Origin: Octopus sinensis
Taxonomy: Eukaryota
Length of the DNA stretch: 64,000 bases
Assembly: GCF_006345805.1 (NCBI RefSeq)
Contig: NC_043009.1
Span: forward strand, 60,822,001 to 60,886,000
Reading direction: 5' to 3'
The translations under genes were made by a program, and so were the position numbers. Below the pieces are notes generated by a model. It made no database searches. It was not told where the DNA came from and saw only the letters and a list, made by a program, of their open reading frames with translations. Position 1 is the stretch's first letter, and every line of letters starts with the position of its first letter. Below, piece by piece: positions 63,340 to 64,000 of this stretch.

Positions 63340-64000
63340 AATATAAACATTACACAGCAAAAATATTTATTGTTCGGCAGCCTACTACAACATACACACA
63401 CATCCACCACTATCAACTATTACAAACATACCAGCAACAACACTACTTCTATACTCATATCAAAATCACTGCTACAGCATACACACACCACCAGCAGTAC
63501 TACAACACATAACACATTATTAGCACTACTCTAACATATACACACACCCACCAACACTGCTACTATATAACACTCGTATTCGGATTAACACACCACTCCT
63601 ACATATACATGTATATATATATACATATATATACATATACATACATATACATACATACATACATATATATATACATATACATGTATATATATATACTACT
63701 AACACTCCTATAATACACACACGTCAACAAGAATACAGCACATACGTACACAACAATAGCACTACTGTAATATAGGCATACTAACAGCCGTACTACAACA
63801 CACACACACAGCAACACTAACACTACTACAGCATATCCTATACAATAGGCCGTACTACAATACACACACACAGCAACACTAACACTACTACAGCATATCC
63901 TATACAACAGCAGCAGTATTACAAGAGACAAACACATCAAAGGTCTATTATAACACACACAAATAGCATTACCAGAAAACATACACACACATCGAATGTC
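63340..64000. repeat. Low-complexity CA/ACT-rich minisatellite-like region
   Basis: Repeated tactacaacacacacacacagcaacactaacactactacagcatatcctataca (~63790-63910) and TA/CA runs. Confidence 0.8.

Overview
Eukaryotic, AT-rich DNA dense in SINEs and microsatellites. The repeat landscape suggests an octopus or other coleoid cephalopod (inference). Three protein-coding genes are supported, all on the minus strand. (1) Cyclin I (CCNI): six coding exons at 52518-58821, 328 aa, all introns phase 0, and a probable 2.6-kb 3'UTR ending near 49885. (2) An NTF2-related export protein (NXT): exon 1 at 27652-27675 and exon 2 at 20708-20794; its downstream exons were not found in the window. (3) An ankyrin-repeat/SOCS-box (ASB) gene with a single coding exon at 5194-6687, probably nested in NXT intron 2. 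There is also an unidentified plus-strand candidate exon (37380-37475) and two promoter-like modules built from inverted pairs of ETS (27691-27732) and YY1 (20124-20167) motifs. The rest consists of at least five SINE families, decayed CR1-group and RTE LINEs, mariner derivatives, TTAA-flanked MITEs, Helitron-like ends and simple repeats. The most unusual signal is a tRNA-headed SINE (SINE-A) that occurs as head+(unit)n concatemers with the same junction at five loci. Three of these are flanked by single 15-17 bp target-site duplications, and one is fused to a truncated RTE LINE. SINE family names A-E are my working labels, and repeat boundaries are approximate (tens of bp) unless TSDs or TIRs are quoted.
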